A DNA stretch of 64,000 nucleotides from Negativicutes bacterium (GCA_963665275.2 CAXXIN010000007.1:576001-640000), one strand, 5' to 3'; positions 42,661 to 53,930 are shown, counted from the stretch's first letter. Made by a program: numbers and translations. Notes: generated by a model not told the origin, from the sequence alone.

Positions 42661-44454
42661 TCAGGCCTTCGACCTCTGAGACTGCTCGGCAAGATACCGC
42701 TTGATGTCCCGCAAAAACTCGGCGCCGTAGCGAGCCAGTTTGACTTCTCCGACTCCTTTGATTGTGCGCATTTGCTGCTCATTTTCCGGCATGTGTTCAC
42801 AGAGTTCCCTTAGCGTACTGTCCGCAAACACAACATACGGAGGCACCTTCTCCCGAACGGCGATTACCCTGCGAAGTTTGCGCAATTGCTCGAAGAGGGA
42901 ATCATCAGGCTGTACTGCTGCTTTAATTACCCGGCACTTCTGCCATACCTGCTCCTGGTCTTTCAGCACAGATCCCGCTTTGGGCGACAATTTCAGCACG
43001 GGATATTCGCCTTCAGTCAAATGAAGAAAGTTCTCCGCAACAAGAAAATTGATGGTATCTTTGATCTCCTGCAGACTATTGCCTTTCAGTATGCCGTATG
43101 TAGACAACTGATCAAATCTCCATTGCAATACTTTTTTGTTTTTCGATCCCTTCAGGACTTCAGCCACCAGAACCATTCCATAGCGCTCTTTCATCCGAAG
43201 AACGCAGGAAACGATCTTTTGCGCCGTCACAGTAATATCCGTCAAATTGCTGTCGTCGTTGCAATTACTGCAGTTCCCGCATGAATCGGGCGAATCATGT
43301 TCATCAAAATATTCCAGAATGAATTTTCGCAAACAACGCGGCGTATGACAGTAATCCACCATCGCTTGCAGCTTGTGATATTCGTTGCTTTTTCGCTCAG
43401 GGGACAATTCGTTTTGCTCAATCAGAAATTTTTGCAGCAATATGTCCTGGGCTGAAAAAAGCAGGATGCATTCACTGTTCTCGCCATCCCGCCCCGCCCG
43501 ACCGGCTTCTTGATAATAGGCTTCCATGTTCTTGGGCATGTTGTAATGGATTACATAACGGACATTGGATTTATCGATGCCCATGCCAAAGGCATTCGTG
43601 GCAACGATAACACTAATTTCATCGTAAATAAACGCTTCCTGGTTTTTAGTCCGCTCCGCGCCTCCCATGCCGGCATGATATTTGCCACAGGAATAGCCAC
43701 GGGCACGCAGCAATTCATGCAGGTGATCCACTTCTTTTCGGGTGGCGGCATAAATAATCCCTGACTTGTTCGGGTTGGCAGCGACATGCTTTAGCACAAC
43801 GTCCCGTTTGTTTTCACCGCGCAACACGCTAAAGGACAGATTCTCTCTGTCAAACCCGGTTACGAATATACTAGGTTGGATCAGAGATAACAGTGCCACA
43901 ATATCTCTTTGCACATCTTCCGTGGCGGTAGCGGTAAATGCGCCAATAACGGGTCGATGGCGCAGCTCGTTAATAAACGGGGCTATATTGCAGTAACTGG
44001 GGCGAAAATCGTGTCCCCATTGTGAAACGCAGTGTGCTTCATCAATTGCCACGAACGAAATCTGCAGCTTTTGCAGCAACGACTTGCTTTCTTCTGACTC
44101 CAGCCGTTCAGGCGCTACATACAATAGTTTGTATTCACCTCTCAGGGCTGCATTGATTCTACGAGCCACTTCATGGCCGGAAAGCGAACTGTTTATAAAA
44201 GTCGCCGCTATCCCCAACGCTCCTAATGAATCGACCTGGTCTTTCATCAAAGCGATCAGCGGAGAAATCACCAGGGTCACGCCGTCAAAGATCAATGCGG
44301 GAATTTGGAAACACAAAGACTTACCTGCTCCAGTAGGCATAATGACCATTGTGTCTTTCCCCTGCAAAACGCTGAGAATGATTTGTTCCTGTCCGGGTTT
44401 AAACTCCGCATAACCATAATATTTATTTAATAAATTCCGGGCTTGTTTTATCAT
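42661..44454 (-). CDS. recQ: DNA helicase RecQ
   Basis: MPTGAGKSLC, DEAHCVSQWGHDFRP, QEAGRAGRDG, Zn-binding CGNCSNC, HRDC. Confidence 0.96.
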   Translation of the reverse strand: MIKQARNLLNKYYGYAEFKPGQEQIILSVLQGKDTMVIMPTGAGKSLCFQIPALIFDGVTLVISPLIALMKDQVDSLGALGIAATFINSSLSGHEVARRINAALRGEYKLLYVAPERLESEESKSLLQKLQISFVAIDEAHCVSQWGHDFRPSYCNIAPFINELRHRPVIGAFTATATEDVQRDIVALLSLIQPSIFVTGFDRENLSFSVLRGENKRDVVLKHVAANPNKSGIIYAATRKEVDHLHELLRARGYSCGKYHAGMGGAERTKNQEAFIYDEISVIVATNAFGMGIDKSNVRYVIHYNMPKNMEAYYQEAGRAGRDGENSECILLFSAQDILLQKFLIEQNELSPERKSNEYHKLQAMVDYCHTPRCLRKFILEYFDEHDSPDSCGNCSNCNDDSNLTDITVTAQKIVSCVLRMKERYGMVLVAEVLKGSKNKKVLQWRFDQLSTYGILKGNSLQEIKDTINFLVAENFLHLTEGEYPVLKLSPKAGSVLKDQEQVWQKCRVIKAAVQPDDSLFEQLRKLRRVIAVREKVPPYVVFADSTLRELCEHMPENEQQMRTIKGVGEVKLARYGAEFLRDIKRYLAEQSQRSKA

Positions 44455-44502
44455 GAACGCTCCCCTTTTCCCTGCGTATTTTTAAGGAAAACAGCAAAGA
44501 AG

Positions 44503-44532
44503 AAGCAGCCATCACCCTATAGGTTGGCTGCT
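44503..44532 (-). terminator. Terminator after the his operon
   Basis: AGCAGCCA..TGGCTGCT stem followed on the minus strand by TCTTCTTT. Confidence 0.55.
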
Positions 44533-44561
44533 CACATACCATTGCTATTTTGGAATTTGAC

Positions 44562-45221
44562 CTACTTCAGCTTCGCCGGGTCCTGCGTCTTCCCGCTACG
44601 CCGCTTGTCCAGCTCCAGCAGCAACGCCTCGATATCGATGCCATGCCATGCTAACAATACCAGACAATGGTACCATAGATCCGCCATTTCGTAAATCACT
44701 TCGCCTCGACTGTTATTTTTCGAAGCAATGATCGTTTCTGCGGCTTCCTCGCCAACTTTCTTGAGAATTTTATCCTGGCCTTTCTCAAAAAGCAGATTGG
44801 TGTAGGAACCTTCTTTCGGGTTCTGGCGGCGGTCTTCAATCACTCCATACAGTCCCTGCAGAACTCCAGCGTAAGATTTCGGTCGATCAGTCACTGTCGA
44901 TTCACTCTCGCCAAACTTCCGGCTGAAGCAGGAAAAGGTTCCTTCGTGACACGCTGCCCCCGTTTGCTCAACTTTTACCAGCAAGGTATCTCCATCGCAG
45001 TCATAGAACATTTCTCTCACCTGCTGCACATGACCGGAAGTAGCGCCCTTATTCCACAGCTCTTGCCTGCTGCGGCTGTAAAACCAGGTTGTGCCGGTTT
45101 CGATCGTCTTGTTCAGAGAATCGCGGTTCATGTATGCCAGCATCAGAACGGTTCCTGTCTCCACATCCTGAACTATCGCCGGAACCAGGCCTTTTTCATC
45201 GAAACGGATTTTATCAAGCAT
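44562..45221 (-). CDS. hisIE: Bifunctional PR-AMP cyclohydrolase/PR-ATP pyrophosphatase
   Basis: [36 protein letters not shown]. Confidence 0.96.
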   Translation of the reverse strand: MLDKIRFDEKGLVPAIVQDVETGTVLMLAYMNRDSLNKTIETGTTWFYSRSRQELWNKGATSGHVQQVREMFYDCDGDTLLVKVEQTGAACHEGTFSCFSRKFGESESTVTDRPKSYAGVLQGLYGVIEDRRQNPKEGSYTNLLFEKGQDKILKKVGEEAAETIIASKNNSRGEVIYEMADLWYHCLVLLAWHGIDIEALLLELDKRRSGKTQDPAKLK

Positions 45222-45980
45222 CTATAATCGCACCTCGATTCCCTGATTTCGAAGAAATTCCTTGGTCTGCCGAATACTGAACTCGCCATAATGAAATACT
45301 GAAGCTGCCAATACCGCATCAGCTTTGCCCTGCGTTAAGGCATCAGCAAAATGTCGGAGCGTTCCCGCTCCGCCGGAAGCGATAACCGGCACCTCGACCA
45401 TTTCGGACACAGCCCGGTTCAGTTCATTGTCATAGCCGTCCTTCGTCCCGTCACAGTCCATGCTTGTCAACAAAATTTCTCCTGCGCCGAGATCTACACC
45501 CCGACGAATCCATTCCAATACATCAAGGCCGGTGGGAGTTCTTCCGCCATTGATGAATACTTCCCATTTTCCTGCCCCGCTGCGTTTCGCGTCAACCGCC
45601 AGTACGATGCACTGCCGGCCAAAACTCTTGGCACCTTCAGTGATCAGTCCCGGGTCTTTTACAGCTGCCGTATTTAGCGAAACCTTGTCCGCTCCCGCAT
45701 GCAGCATGGTCCGAATATCATCAACCGTTCGAATTCCGCCGCCGACAGTAAACGGAATGAATACCTGACTGGCAGTGCGCCTCACCACATCCACCATCGT
45801 GTTACGACCATCCGACGAAGCCGTAATATCAAGGAAAACCAGTTCATCCGCCATTTCAGCATCGTAGAACGCTGCCAGTTCCACGGGGTCACCAGCATCC
45901 CTGAGCGACACAAAATTGGTCCCCTTGACGACTCGCCCATTCTTCACATCCAAACAAGGAATGATACGCTTCGTATGCAT
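45222..45980 (-). CDS. hisF: Imidazole glycerol phosphate synthase cyclase subunit
   Basis: [29 protein letters not shown]. Confidence 0.97.
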   Translation of the reverse strand: MHTKRIIPCLDVKNGRVVKGTNFVSLRDAGDPVELAAFYDAEMADELVFLDITASSDGRNTMVDVVRRTASQVFIPFTVGGGIRTVDDIRTMLHAGADKVSLNTAAVKDPGLITEGAKSFGRQCIVLAVDAKRSGAGKWEVFINGGRTPTGLDVLEWIRRGVDLGAGEILLTSMDCDGTKDGYDNELNRAVSEMVEVPVIASGGAGTLRHFADALTQGKADAVLAASVFHYGEFSIRQTKEFLRNQGIEVRL

Positions 45981-46714
45981 TATACCGTTCCCTCCCGTGC
46001 TGCCCGCAGCGCGTCCGGCAGCGATATCGCTCCCGCATAAAGCGCCTTGCCGATGATGACTCCTTCGATGCCCTTCTGTGCCAGCGGTTGCAACGCCAAT
46101 ATATCTTCCATCCCCTTGACCCCGCCGGAAGCGATGACTGCCAACCCGGATTTTTCCGCCAGCTGCACAGTTGCGGGAATATTGACGCCGGTCAACATAC
46201 CGTCCCGTGAAATATCCGTGTAAATTATGCGTACCGCGCCAACTTCCTTCATTCGAAGCGCCAGTTCGTCGACCTGCATCAGACCCGACGTCTCCCAGCC
46301 ATCAACCGCTACTTCGCCGCCGCGTGCGTCGATACCGATGACGATCCGTTCCCCATATTCGGAGCAGACCTGCCGCACCAATTCAGGCGATCTGACTGCA
46401 ACCGAACCGAGAATCACGCGATGGATTCCAGATGCCAACACTTCCGCGACATTTTCTACCGTTCTGATTCCGCCGCCCAGTTGAATCTTAACCCCGAACG
46501 TCTTTGCAATTTCACTGACGACTTCCAGATTGACCGGCTTTCCAGCGCGTGCGCCGTCAAGATCTACGATGTGCAACCATTCGGTTCCTGCTTCAACCCA
46601 GCGGCGCGCTGCATCCATCGGTTTCTCTGCAAAAACAGTTTCCCGGTCAAAGCGGCCTTCTTCGAGGCGTACACACTTGCCGCCGCGTATATCAATCGCT
46701 GGAAAAATAATCAT
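45980..46714 (-). CDS. hisA: ProFAR isomerase
   Basis: [29 protein letters not shown]. Confidence 0.97.
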   Translation of the reverse strand: MIIFPAIDIRGGKCVRLEEGRFDRETVFAEKPMDAARRWVEAGTEWLHIVDLDGARAGKPVNLEVVSEIAKTFGVKIQLGGGIRTVENVAEVLASGIHRVILGSVAVRSPELVRQVCSEYGERIVIGIDARGGEVAVDGWETSGLMQVDELALRMKEVGAVRIIYTDISRDGMLTGVNIPATVQLAEKSGLAVIASGGVKGMEDILALQPLAQKGIEGVIIGKALYAGAISLPDALRAAREGTV

Positions 46715-47325
46715 GCTGACATCTCCCTGAAATTCGCCAAAATTTTCAAACCCACTGTACTTGATTTTTCCGGGTGAAACTGCACTGCCTGCACCAACCC
46801 TCTGCCCACAGCCGCCGTAACCGGTCCGCCGTAGTCGGTAACAGCGGTTACGAGTGTGGGATCCGTCGGCACTGCATGAAAACTGTGAACAAAATAAACG
46901 AACGCCGGATTGGGCAGACCTTCAAACAAAGGGCTTCCACCCCCGTATTCCAGGCTATTCCAGCCCATGTGGGGAATCTTGAGACCCGGCGCAATGATCT
47001 TGCGCACCATCCCCTTGAAAACGCCGAGTCCAGGAACTCCGGGGTCCTCCTCGCTGCCTTCGAACAAAAGCTGCAATCCCACACAGATACCCAGAAAAGG
47101 TTTCCCTGCGCCAATGACTTCGTGAATCACCGGAGCCAGCCCCCGATCGTTGAGATTCTTCATACAGTCACCAAAAGCGCCAACTCCCGGTAAAACGACT
47201 TTATCCGCCTGTAGGACTTCCTTCGGGTCGCGGGTCACTGTTACACAGGCGCCGATTTTTTCAAAGGCTTTGGCGGCGCTGTGCAAGTTTCCCATTCCAT
47301 AATCAATGATTGCAATTTTCACCAT
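46711..47325 (-). CDS. hisH: Imidazole glycerol phosphate synthase glutaminase subunit
   Basis: IDYGMGN, LGICVGLQ, QFHPEKS. Confidence 0.97.
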   Translation of the reverse strand: MVKIAIIDYGMGNLHSAAKAFEKIGACVTVTRDPKEVLQADKVVLPGVGAFGDCMKNLNDRGLAPVIHEVIGAGKPFLGICVGLQLLFEGSEEDPGVPGLGVFKGMVRKIIAPGLKIPHMGWNSLEYGGGSPLFEGLPNPAFVYFVHSFHAVPTDPTLVTAVTDYGGPVTAAVGRGLVQAVQFHPEKSSTVGLKILANFREMSA

Positions 47326-47337
47326 CGTATCGACTCC

Positions 47338-47949
47338 TTACAATGACCCTTTGCTTGAGGGAACTCCCAGCACCCGTGGGTCCTTTTCCAACGATTCCGC
47401 TATGGCGCGGCCCAGTGCTTTGAAAATCGCTTCCACAATATGATGGCGATTTTTGCCAGCCAGCATCCGCACATGCAGTGTCAACCCGGCATTCACTGCC
47501 AGGGCCCGCAAAAATTCCTCAACCATCTCAACGTCAAAATCCCCCAGGCGTCCCTGTCCGAGCTCGGCCTCGAAAGCGAGATAAGGACGTCCGCTGAAAT
47601 CCACCACGACCAACACCAGCGCTTCATCCATCGGTACATAAAACTGCCCATAACGCCGAATCCCCGCCTTGTCGCCTGTAGCCTGCGCCAGAACTTGACC
47701 CAGAACGATCCCTACATCTTCCGCCGTATGGTGACAATCAACTTCGAGATCGCCGCTCGCTTTGACCTCCAGCGTGAACAGCCCATGCTTGGCAAACAGC
47801 GTCAACATATGGTCTAAGAAGCCAATGCCCGTATTGATCCGAGATTCGCCGTCTCCATCGATATCGATCGAAACCTCCACATTGGTTTCCCGAGTCTGAC
47901 GTTTCACCAGTGCAGTCCGGCGTTGGGTCAAAGTGTCGATTTTCTCCAC
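47338..47949 (-). CDS. hisB: Imidazoleglycerol-phosphate dehydratase
   Basis: RQTRET, FLDHML, DCHHTAED, NRHHIVEA. Confidence 0.97.
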   Translation of the reverse strand: MEKIDTLTQRRTALVKRQTRETNVEVSIDIDGDGESRINTGIGFLDHMLTLFAKHGLFTLEVKASGDLEVDCHHTAEDVGIVLGQVLAQATGDKAGIRRYGQFYVPMDEALVLVVVDFSGRPYLAFEAELGQGRLGDFDVEMVEEFLRALAVNAGLTLHVRMLAGKNRHHIVEAIFKALGRAIAESLEKDPRVLGVPSSKGSL

Positions 47950-47950
47950 G

Positions 47951-49024
47951 TTATCGCACCTCCTCTCCAGCTTTCAACTCATCATAATCCTTCAAACAAT
48001 CGTACACGCACATGGTTTCAACCGGATTGCCGATTGTGATCCGCAGGCATCCCTTCAACTCTGGGACATGCGAAAAGTTTCGTACGCCGATACTTTTGTT
48101 GATAAATAGTTTGTGCAACACATCCGGATCTGTTACCTTAACCATCAAAAAATTGGTTGCCGAAGGAAAAACCTGCACCGATCGCAGTTTGGCAACACGT
48201 TTTGACAAGCGATCCCGTCGTTGTACTGCTCTGCGCACTTCGATCATGACTTCGTCTCTTCCTGCAAAACACGCCTCGGCAGCCGCGAGCGAAAACGAAT
48301 TCATGTGATAAGGCAACAGTCGCTTGCCGATAGCCCTGTTGATTTCGGCTGATGCCAACAAGTAGCCCACTCGCGCTGTTGCCAGGCCGTAAGCTTTGGA
48401 AAAAGTCCTGACCACCATAAGATTCGGAAATTCGGCCAGCCAAGGGATGCAGGATTCCCCGTAATATTCCATATAGGCTTCATCCACTAGAACTGGACAA
48501 GGCGACTGTTCGATGATTTGCCGCAGATCCGCGGAAGGTGTTACTCCGCCTGTAGGATTGTTGGGATTGCACAAAATCAGCAACTTGGCGCCATTGTTCT
48601 TTGCAGCCTTTACCACCGTATCAACTGACAATTGAAACTTCTCATCCATTGGAATGGCTATCGTCGGCGAGTCAGCTATTGCCGCATAAATCGGGTACAT
48701 GGAAAAAGACGGCCATTGGTAGGCGATCAACCGCCCTGGTCCGCCAAAAGTGGCGCAAATAGCAGCGATTAACTCACTGGAGCCATTGCCGATAGAAACT
48801 TGGTCCACAGAAACTCCATATTCTTTCGCCAGCATTGCGCGCAGTTCAGTTGCTCCCATATCCGGATAGCGATGGGTTTCAATCTCGCACAACCGTTTTT
48901 GGATATTCTGTCTGACGGAACGCGGCAATTTTACCGAACGCTCATTCGCATCCAGCTTACTGATCCAGCGGGGCTCTTCACCGACCGAATAGGAAGGCAA
49001 TGCCTCCATTCCCAACCTATACAT
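47951..49024 (-). CDS. hisC: Histidinol-phosphate aminotransferase
   Basis: LDANE, GNGSSE, CNPNNPTG, VDEAY, RTFSKAYGLA. Confidence 0.95.
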   Translation of the reverse strand: MYRLGMEALPSYSVGEEPRWISKLDANERSVKLPRSVRQNIQKRLCEIETHRYPDMGATELRAMLAKEYGVSVDQVSIGNGSSELIAAICATFGGPGRLIAYQWPSFSMYPIYAAIADSPTIAIPMDEKFQLSVDTVVKAAKNNGAKLLILCNPNNPTGGVTPSADLRQIIEQSPCPVLVDEAYMEYYGESCIPWLAEFPNLMVVRTFSKAYGLATARVGYLLASAEINRAIGKRLLPYHMNSFSLAAAEACFAGRDEVMIEVRRAVQRRDRLSKRVAKLRSVQVFPSATNFLMVKVTDPDVLHKLFINKSIGVRNFSHVPELKGCLRITIGNPVETMCVYDCLKDYDELKAGEEVR

Positions 49025-50372
49025 TCCATTCCCTCCTTGCATCTACAGCTCGCGCATGGGCTGTCAGCCCTTCCGCCTCTGCCAGCCTGATGATATCGGC
49101 GGCTACTGGAACCAGGTCCTCCGCAGTGTAGCAAATCACACTCGTTGTTTTCATGAACGTATCCACATTCAGCACGGAGGCATAGCGCGCAGTGCCGCCA
49201 GTCGGAAGCACATGACTCGGTCCGGCGAAATAATCTCCGAGCGGCTCTGGTGAAAAAGCTCCCAAAAAAATCGCCCCAGCGTGCCGAATCCTGGGCAGCA
49301 GGGCTTCAGGCGAAGCAGTCAGAATCTCCAGGTGTTCTGGCGCTGCGGCATTGACACAGCACACAGCCTGTTCCAAATCGCTGACAAGGAGGATCATTCC
49401 CTGCCGGTCAAGGGCAGTCTGCGCGGTTGCCGCCCGCGGTAGTTCCAATAGCTGGTTTTGCAGTTCTCTTTCCACCTGGGCCGCCAATTCGCCGCTGGCT
49501 GTTACCAATATGCTTGAAGCCAATTCATCGTGCTCCGCCTGGCTCAGCATGTCGGCCGCTATATAGGAGGCATCAGCTCTCGCGTCGGCAATAATCATGA
49601 TTTCACTCGGCCCGGCCAGCATGTCGATGTCGCAATACCCGTAAACGGCTTTCTTGGCCAAAGTCACGAAAAGATTGCCGGGACCGACTATTTTATCGAC
49701 CTTCGGTATGGTATCCGTCCCAAATGCCAGCGCGGCTATGGCCTGCGCGCCGCCAATCCTGAAAATACGGCTCACACCGGCGACTTCGGCTGCCGCCAGC
49801 ACCAGTGGATTGACCGAGCCATCCGGAGAAGGAGGAACCATCATCACGACTTCCCCCACCCCGGCCACTATCGCCGGAATTGCCGTCATCAAGACGGAGG
49901 AAGGGTAGGCGGCCGTTCCTCCCGGAACATAGATTCCCGCACGGTCCATTGGGGTACGTCGTTGCCCGACCCAGGAGTTTTTTCCACGTGAACTCGTCCA
50001 GGGCCGATCATTCTCTTTTTGTTCCTGGTGAAACCGGCGGACATTCTCCGCGGCTTTTTTCAAGGCACCTAACAATTCAGGCTGGATGCACGATATCGCA
50101 TGTTTTTTTTCCGCCAGAGTTACTTCCAGGCCAGATGGCGCGAGCGACACCCCGTCGATCTTTGCCATATATTCCAGAACCGCAGCGTCACCCCGCGTAC
50201 GGACATCACCAACAATTTTCTCCACCAGCTTGAGTGGTGACAACGCCTCCCCGAAGGTACGGAAGATCCGTTCACGGATCTTTTCACTGATGAGGACTTC
50301 ATCAAAAGCAGGTTTGGATAGGATTTCAATGATCTCTGCCTCGCCTGCAGCTCGCAGATCAATTCTCTTCAA
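49017..50372 (-). CDS. hisD: Histidinol dehydrogenase
   Basis: YVPGGTA.YPSSVLM, GPGN, IDMLAGPSE, SQAEHD, EHLE, HVLPT. Confidence 0.97.
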   Translation of the reverse strand: MKRIDLRAAGEAEIIEILSKPAFDEVLISEKIRERIFRTFGEALSPLKLVEKIVGDVRTRGDAAVLEYMAKIDGVSLAPSGLEVTLAEKKHAISCIQPELLGALKKAAENVRRFHQEQKENDRPWTSSRGKNSWVGQRRTPMDRAGIYVPGGTAAYPSSVLMTAIPAIVAGVGEVVMMVPPSPDGSVNPLVLAAAEVAGVSRIFRIGGAQAIAALAFGTDTIPKVDKIVGPGNLFVTLAKKAVYGYCDIDMLAGPSEIMIIADARADASYIAADMLSQAEHDELASSILVTASGELAAQVERELQNQLLELPRAATAQTALDRQGMILLVSDLEQAVCCVNAAAPEHLEILTASPEALLPRIRHAGAIFLGAFSPEPLGDYFAGPSHVLPTGGTARYASVLNVDTFMKTTSVICYTAEDLVPVAADIIRLAEAEGLTAHARAVDARREWNV

Positions 50373-51040
50373 GCGGGTTCCTCCCCTTTCAGCAACGTCC
50401 GTAATTCTTCCACCATCGTGTGGATGCGGTCAAATTTCATTTTGAAACTGACCCGATTGGCAATAAAACGGGCTGTGGCCCGATGCAGATGCGCCACTTC
50501 AATCAACCGGTTTTCTTTCAACGTCCGCCCGGTTTCGACGATATCCACAATCATCTCGGCCAACCCGACCATCGGCGCCAACTCGATCGAACCGTTAAGC
50601 TTGATGATCTCCATTTGGATTCCGTTGTCGAGAAAAAACTGTTCCGCCACACGCGGATATTTCGTCGCCACCCGCAAATGAGCATAGTCGCTCAGTTTCT
50701 CCCTGCGCAATGCTTCCGGAACCGCCAGCATCAGACGACAGAGCCCATAATTCAAGTCCAGCAATTCATAGACATTCTTCGATTCTTCCAGCAGAACATC
50801 CTTGCCGATGATGCCAATATCAGCAGCGCCGTATTCGACATAGGTCGGCAAATCCATCGGCTTGGTTATGACAAATTGAATTTTCTTTGCCGCGTTGACG
50901 ATCACCAGCTTGCGGGAATTTTCCGAAAGTCCCTCTGCAGCGTATCCAAAGCGCGCCAACATATCGGCCGATGGTTGGAAGAGTTTCCCTTTAGGCAAAG
51001 CGATGGTCAGCATATCTTTGTCGGGAGAAGTCACTTTCAT
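50369..51040 (-). CDS. hisG: ATP phosphoribosyltransferase, short form
   Basis: IALPKGKL, VATKYP, GSIELAP, IVDIVETG.TL. Confidence 0.97.
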   Translation of the reverse strand: MKVTSPDKDMLTIALPKGKLFQPSADMLARFGYAAEGLSENSRKLVIVNAAKKIQFVITKPMDLPTYVEYGAADIGIIGKDVLLEESKNVYELLDLNYGLCRLMLAVPEALRREKLSDYAHLRVATKYPRVAEQFFLDNGIQMEIIKLNGSIELAPMVGLAEMIVDIVETGRTLKENRLIEVAHLHRATARFIANRVSFKMKFDRIHTMVEELRTLLKGEEPA

Positions 51041-51062
51041 TCCTCCTGTATTCGAAGTAAAT

Positions 51063-51082
51063 TACTTTAGTTATTTAAAGCA
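51063..51082. promoter_or_regulatory. Putative HisR (YerC) operator
   Basis: TACTTTAGTTATTTAAAGCA, a CTTTA-N6-TAAAG palindrome just upstream of the hisG RBS. Confidence 0.75.
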
Positions 51083-51270
51083 TTAACACGTTAATTATCG
51101 TATCATATTTTTTTTCGAGCGTCAATTATAGAATTCTTGTTCGCTGGCGTGGATCGATGCTTGGCGCGTGTCTCTTATTTTATGCTTTGCTTGTCAGTTT
51201 GGTAGGATTTTTCTTGCGCCTGAAGAATAGTATATTGGTAGTAATCATCCGTAAAAATAGGAGGAATATC

Positions 51271-52233
51271 ATGTCAGTTTCACCCAAAATTCTCATTCTC
51301 AATCCATTATCAGACCGGCAAAAAGGGTTCATCACTGCGGTCACACCGGATGCAACGATAGTTAGCACCGATATGGATCACATAGCAGACCAAATTAGCG
51401 ACGCAGAGATTCTGGTTGCTTGGGGAATGGACAACATCCAGCCTTTCTATGCGCAAGCCGGGAAGTTGCGCTGGATTCACGCGCTGACTGCAGGCGTGGA
51501 ATCTATCATCTTCCCCGAAACGCAAAACAGCTCCGTTCTGATCAGCAATTCCAAGGGTATCCATGGCATTCCCATGGCCGAACACGTCCTCGGCCTAATG
51601 CTCAGTTTCAGTCGGCGGCTGAATCTTTTCTATCGACAGCAGGCGCAACACCTCTGGAAGCGCCCGGCGATCCAAGATCTGCATGAAATCAATGGGAAAA
51701 CGTTGGCAATCGTCGGTCTTGGCTCCATCGGGCACGAAATCGCCAAAAAAGCCAAGGCTATGGATATGCATGTAATCGCTGCCAAACGGGAAATGACGCA
51801 GGAGCCATTCGTAGACCGTCTATATCGTCCCGAACAGCTCCTGGAAATGTTATCTCAGGCTGATTTTGTCGTTGTCACATTACCACTCACAGATGCAACC
51901 AGAAACCTCTTTGGCCGCGAACAGTTTGCAGCCATGAAACCAACGGCTTATTTTATCAACGTTTCCCGCGGCGGGGTCGTCCAGGAAGATCAGCTGGTTG
52001 CGGCATTGAAGGAGAATATAATTGCCGGCGCCGGACTGGATGTGTTCGTGCAGGAACCGTTGCCCGAATCCAGTCCATTCTGGGATTTACCCAACGTCAT
52101 CGTCACGCCGCACTTGTCCGCCATTTCTCCCGTCTATCTAGACCGCGCCCTGCAACTCTTCGCCAAGAATCTCGCCCATTATCTTGAAGGTACCCCCCTG
52201 CCGACTCTAATCGACAAGGAACGGGGCTACTAA
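51271..52233 (+). CDS. D-2-hydroxyacid dehydrogenase
   Basis: GLGSIG, LPLT..T, INVSRG, AGLDVF..EPL, TPH; AGGAGG RBS. Confidence 0.92.
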   Translation: MSVSPKILILNPLSDRQKGFITAVTPDATIVSTDMDHIADQISDAEILVAWGMDNIQPFYAQAGKLRWIHALTAGVESIIFPETQNSSVLISNSKGIHGIPMAEHVLGLMLSFSRRLNLFYRQQAQHLWKRPAIQDLHEINGKTLAIVGLGSIGHEIAKKAKAMDMHVIAAKREMTQEPFVDRLYRPEQLLEMLSQADFVVVTLPLTDATRNLFGREQFAAMKPTAYFINVSRGGVVQEDQLVAALKENIIAGAGLDVFVQEPLPESSPFWDLPNVIVTPHLSAISPVYLDRALQLFAKNLAHYLEGTPLPTLIDKERGY

Positions 52234-53414
52234 GAAATATATATGCACCGGCTGCAGTCCCGCTGTTTGCTAGATGCTTCCGCTTCTGCCGACGTTTGGG
52301 GCTGCAGCCCGATTTCGGCAACCTGACCGAGAGCGCGCAGGCGTTTGACTTCGGCGATTGCATTCGTCAGTTTTCCTTCTGCCCATCCAATATACAGGCT
52401 GCGGGAAGGTTCAACGGCATCCAGCCCTTGTCTTTCCAACGCCAGCAAGACTCGCTCAATCCCCATTGCAAAACCGGTTGCTGGCTGCTCCCGGCCAAAG
52501 GCTCCCGCCATTCTGTCGTAGCGACCGCCGCCGCAGATCGGGTATCCCAGACCGGAAGTATACGTTTCAAACACCATCCCGGTGTAATAATCAAAATCGC
52601 GGATGATTCCCAGATCAAACATAACGTAACGATCGATTCCGTAGTTTTCTAGCAAACTATAAATTTCAGCCAGGTTGTCCAAAGCGGCCTGGCTGATTTT
52701 ATTTTTTACCCGACTCCGTACTTCCTGCAACATGTCCATTTTTCCGTGCAGCATCGGCAGCTGCTGCAGCAGCTCACGAATCCCCGCCTCCATCTGGCAT
52801 TCCTCAAGCAACTCCGCCAGTCCGACCATATTCCGTGCAATCAGCGCCTGCTTGACCTTGCGCCCCATCGCGTCATCCAATCCAGCCTCGGCCATAATGC
52901 CGCTGATGAAATCCACCTGCCCCAGGCAGACCTGGAAATCAACCAATCCGGCTGCGAGCTGCGATTCCACAGATAATGCCACCACTTCAGCGTCAGCAGC
53001 CACGCCACCGGCGCCAAGCAGTTCGACCCCGGCCTGATAAAATTCACACTGGCGGCCCGTCTGGGCATCTTCCTGCCGGAACACGTTGGCCAAATAGAAC
53101 AGCCGCAGCGGCAGAGGACTGTCCTTCATTCGCATCACCGCCACCCGGGCGATGGGCGTTGTCATATCAGGCCGCAGCGCCAGCATACGCCCATTCCGAT
53201 CGAAGAAGCGAAAGGCGGAGTCGTCAGCCGCTTCCGGCGCTCCGGCCTTGAGAGTCTCATGGTATTCAAAAGTCGGAGTTACAACTTCCCGATATCCCCA
53301 ATTCAAAAATAGTCTGGCCAGCTCGTTCTCCACGGTCCGCTTCCGAGCCGCGTCCACCGGCAATATGTCCTTGGTCCCGTAAGGGACCTGCGGAATGAAC
53401 TCTTGTCGTGCCAT
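52230..53414 (-). CDS. hisZ: ATP phosphoribosyltransferase regulatory subunit
   Basis: P.GTKD, LRPDMTTPIAR, EFYQAGVEL, YYTG, GGGRYD. Confidence 0.95.
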   Translation of the reverse strand: MARQEFIPQVPYGTKDILPVDAARKRTVENELARLFLNWGYREVVTPTFEYHETLKAGAPEAADDSAFRFFDRNGRMLALRPDMTTPIARVAVMRMKDSPLPLRLFYLANVFRQEDAQTGRQCEFYQAGVELLGAGGVAADAEVVALSVESQLAAGLVDFQVCLGQVDFISGIMAEAGLDDAMGRKVKQALIARNMVGLAELLEECQMEAGIRELLQQLPMLHGKMDMLQEVRSRVKNKISQAALDNLAEIYSLLENYGIDRYVMFDLGIIRDFDYYTGMVFETYTSGLGYPICGGGRYDRMAGAFGREQPATGFAMGIERVLLALERQGLDAVEPSRSLYIGWAEGKLTNAIAEVKRLRALGQVAEIGLQPQTSAEAEASSKQRDCSRCIYIS

Positions 53415-53417
53415 GGT

Positions 53418-53753
53418 TTATTTTCCCGCCTTTATTTTTTCTTTTTTCACAACCACCTCGGATGCGCCAAACCGGTCCAATGCGATTTTGTAGCCATCGG
53501 CTCCGTAAAGCAGACACCGCTTCACCCGACTAATGGTCGCAGTGCTGGCGCCAGTCCGCTCCACAATGTCATCATAAATATAACCAGCCTGTACCATGCG
53601 CGCAACTTCAAGCCGTTGGGCCAACGCCTTGATTTCTCCAATGGTGCAGATATCTTCAAAAAACTGGTAGCATTCTTCTTCGTTTTCCATGAGCATAATA
53701 GCTTTGAATAGCTGATCTGTTAGTGGATCCTTCAGTTTTGGATTTGCCGGCAT
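53418..53753 (-). CDS. yerC: TrpR-like YerC/YecD (HisR) regulator
   Basis: FFEDICT..E..ALAQRLEVA, TGASTATISRV. Confidence 0.93.
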   Translation of the reverse strand: MPANPKLKDPLTDQLFKAIMLMENEEECYQFFEDICTIGEIKALAQRLEVARMVQAGYIYDDIVERTGASTATISRVKRCLLYGADGYKIALDRFGASEVVVKKEKIKAGK

Positions 53754-53930
53754 ATTTTCGCCCCCCTGTCGCATTGTGAAATGAATTCGTCATCCTGACC
53801 GGCAGTTCCTGCTTCAATCCTGTATTTCTTTATTTCGCGAAAACCTCCTGGTGTCTGCAAAATTCATCCTTGACACTTTCTCATCACTTATGTTAGCATA
53901 CGATACAATAGAATAAAATACTGACGTATT

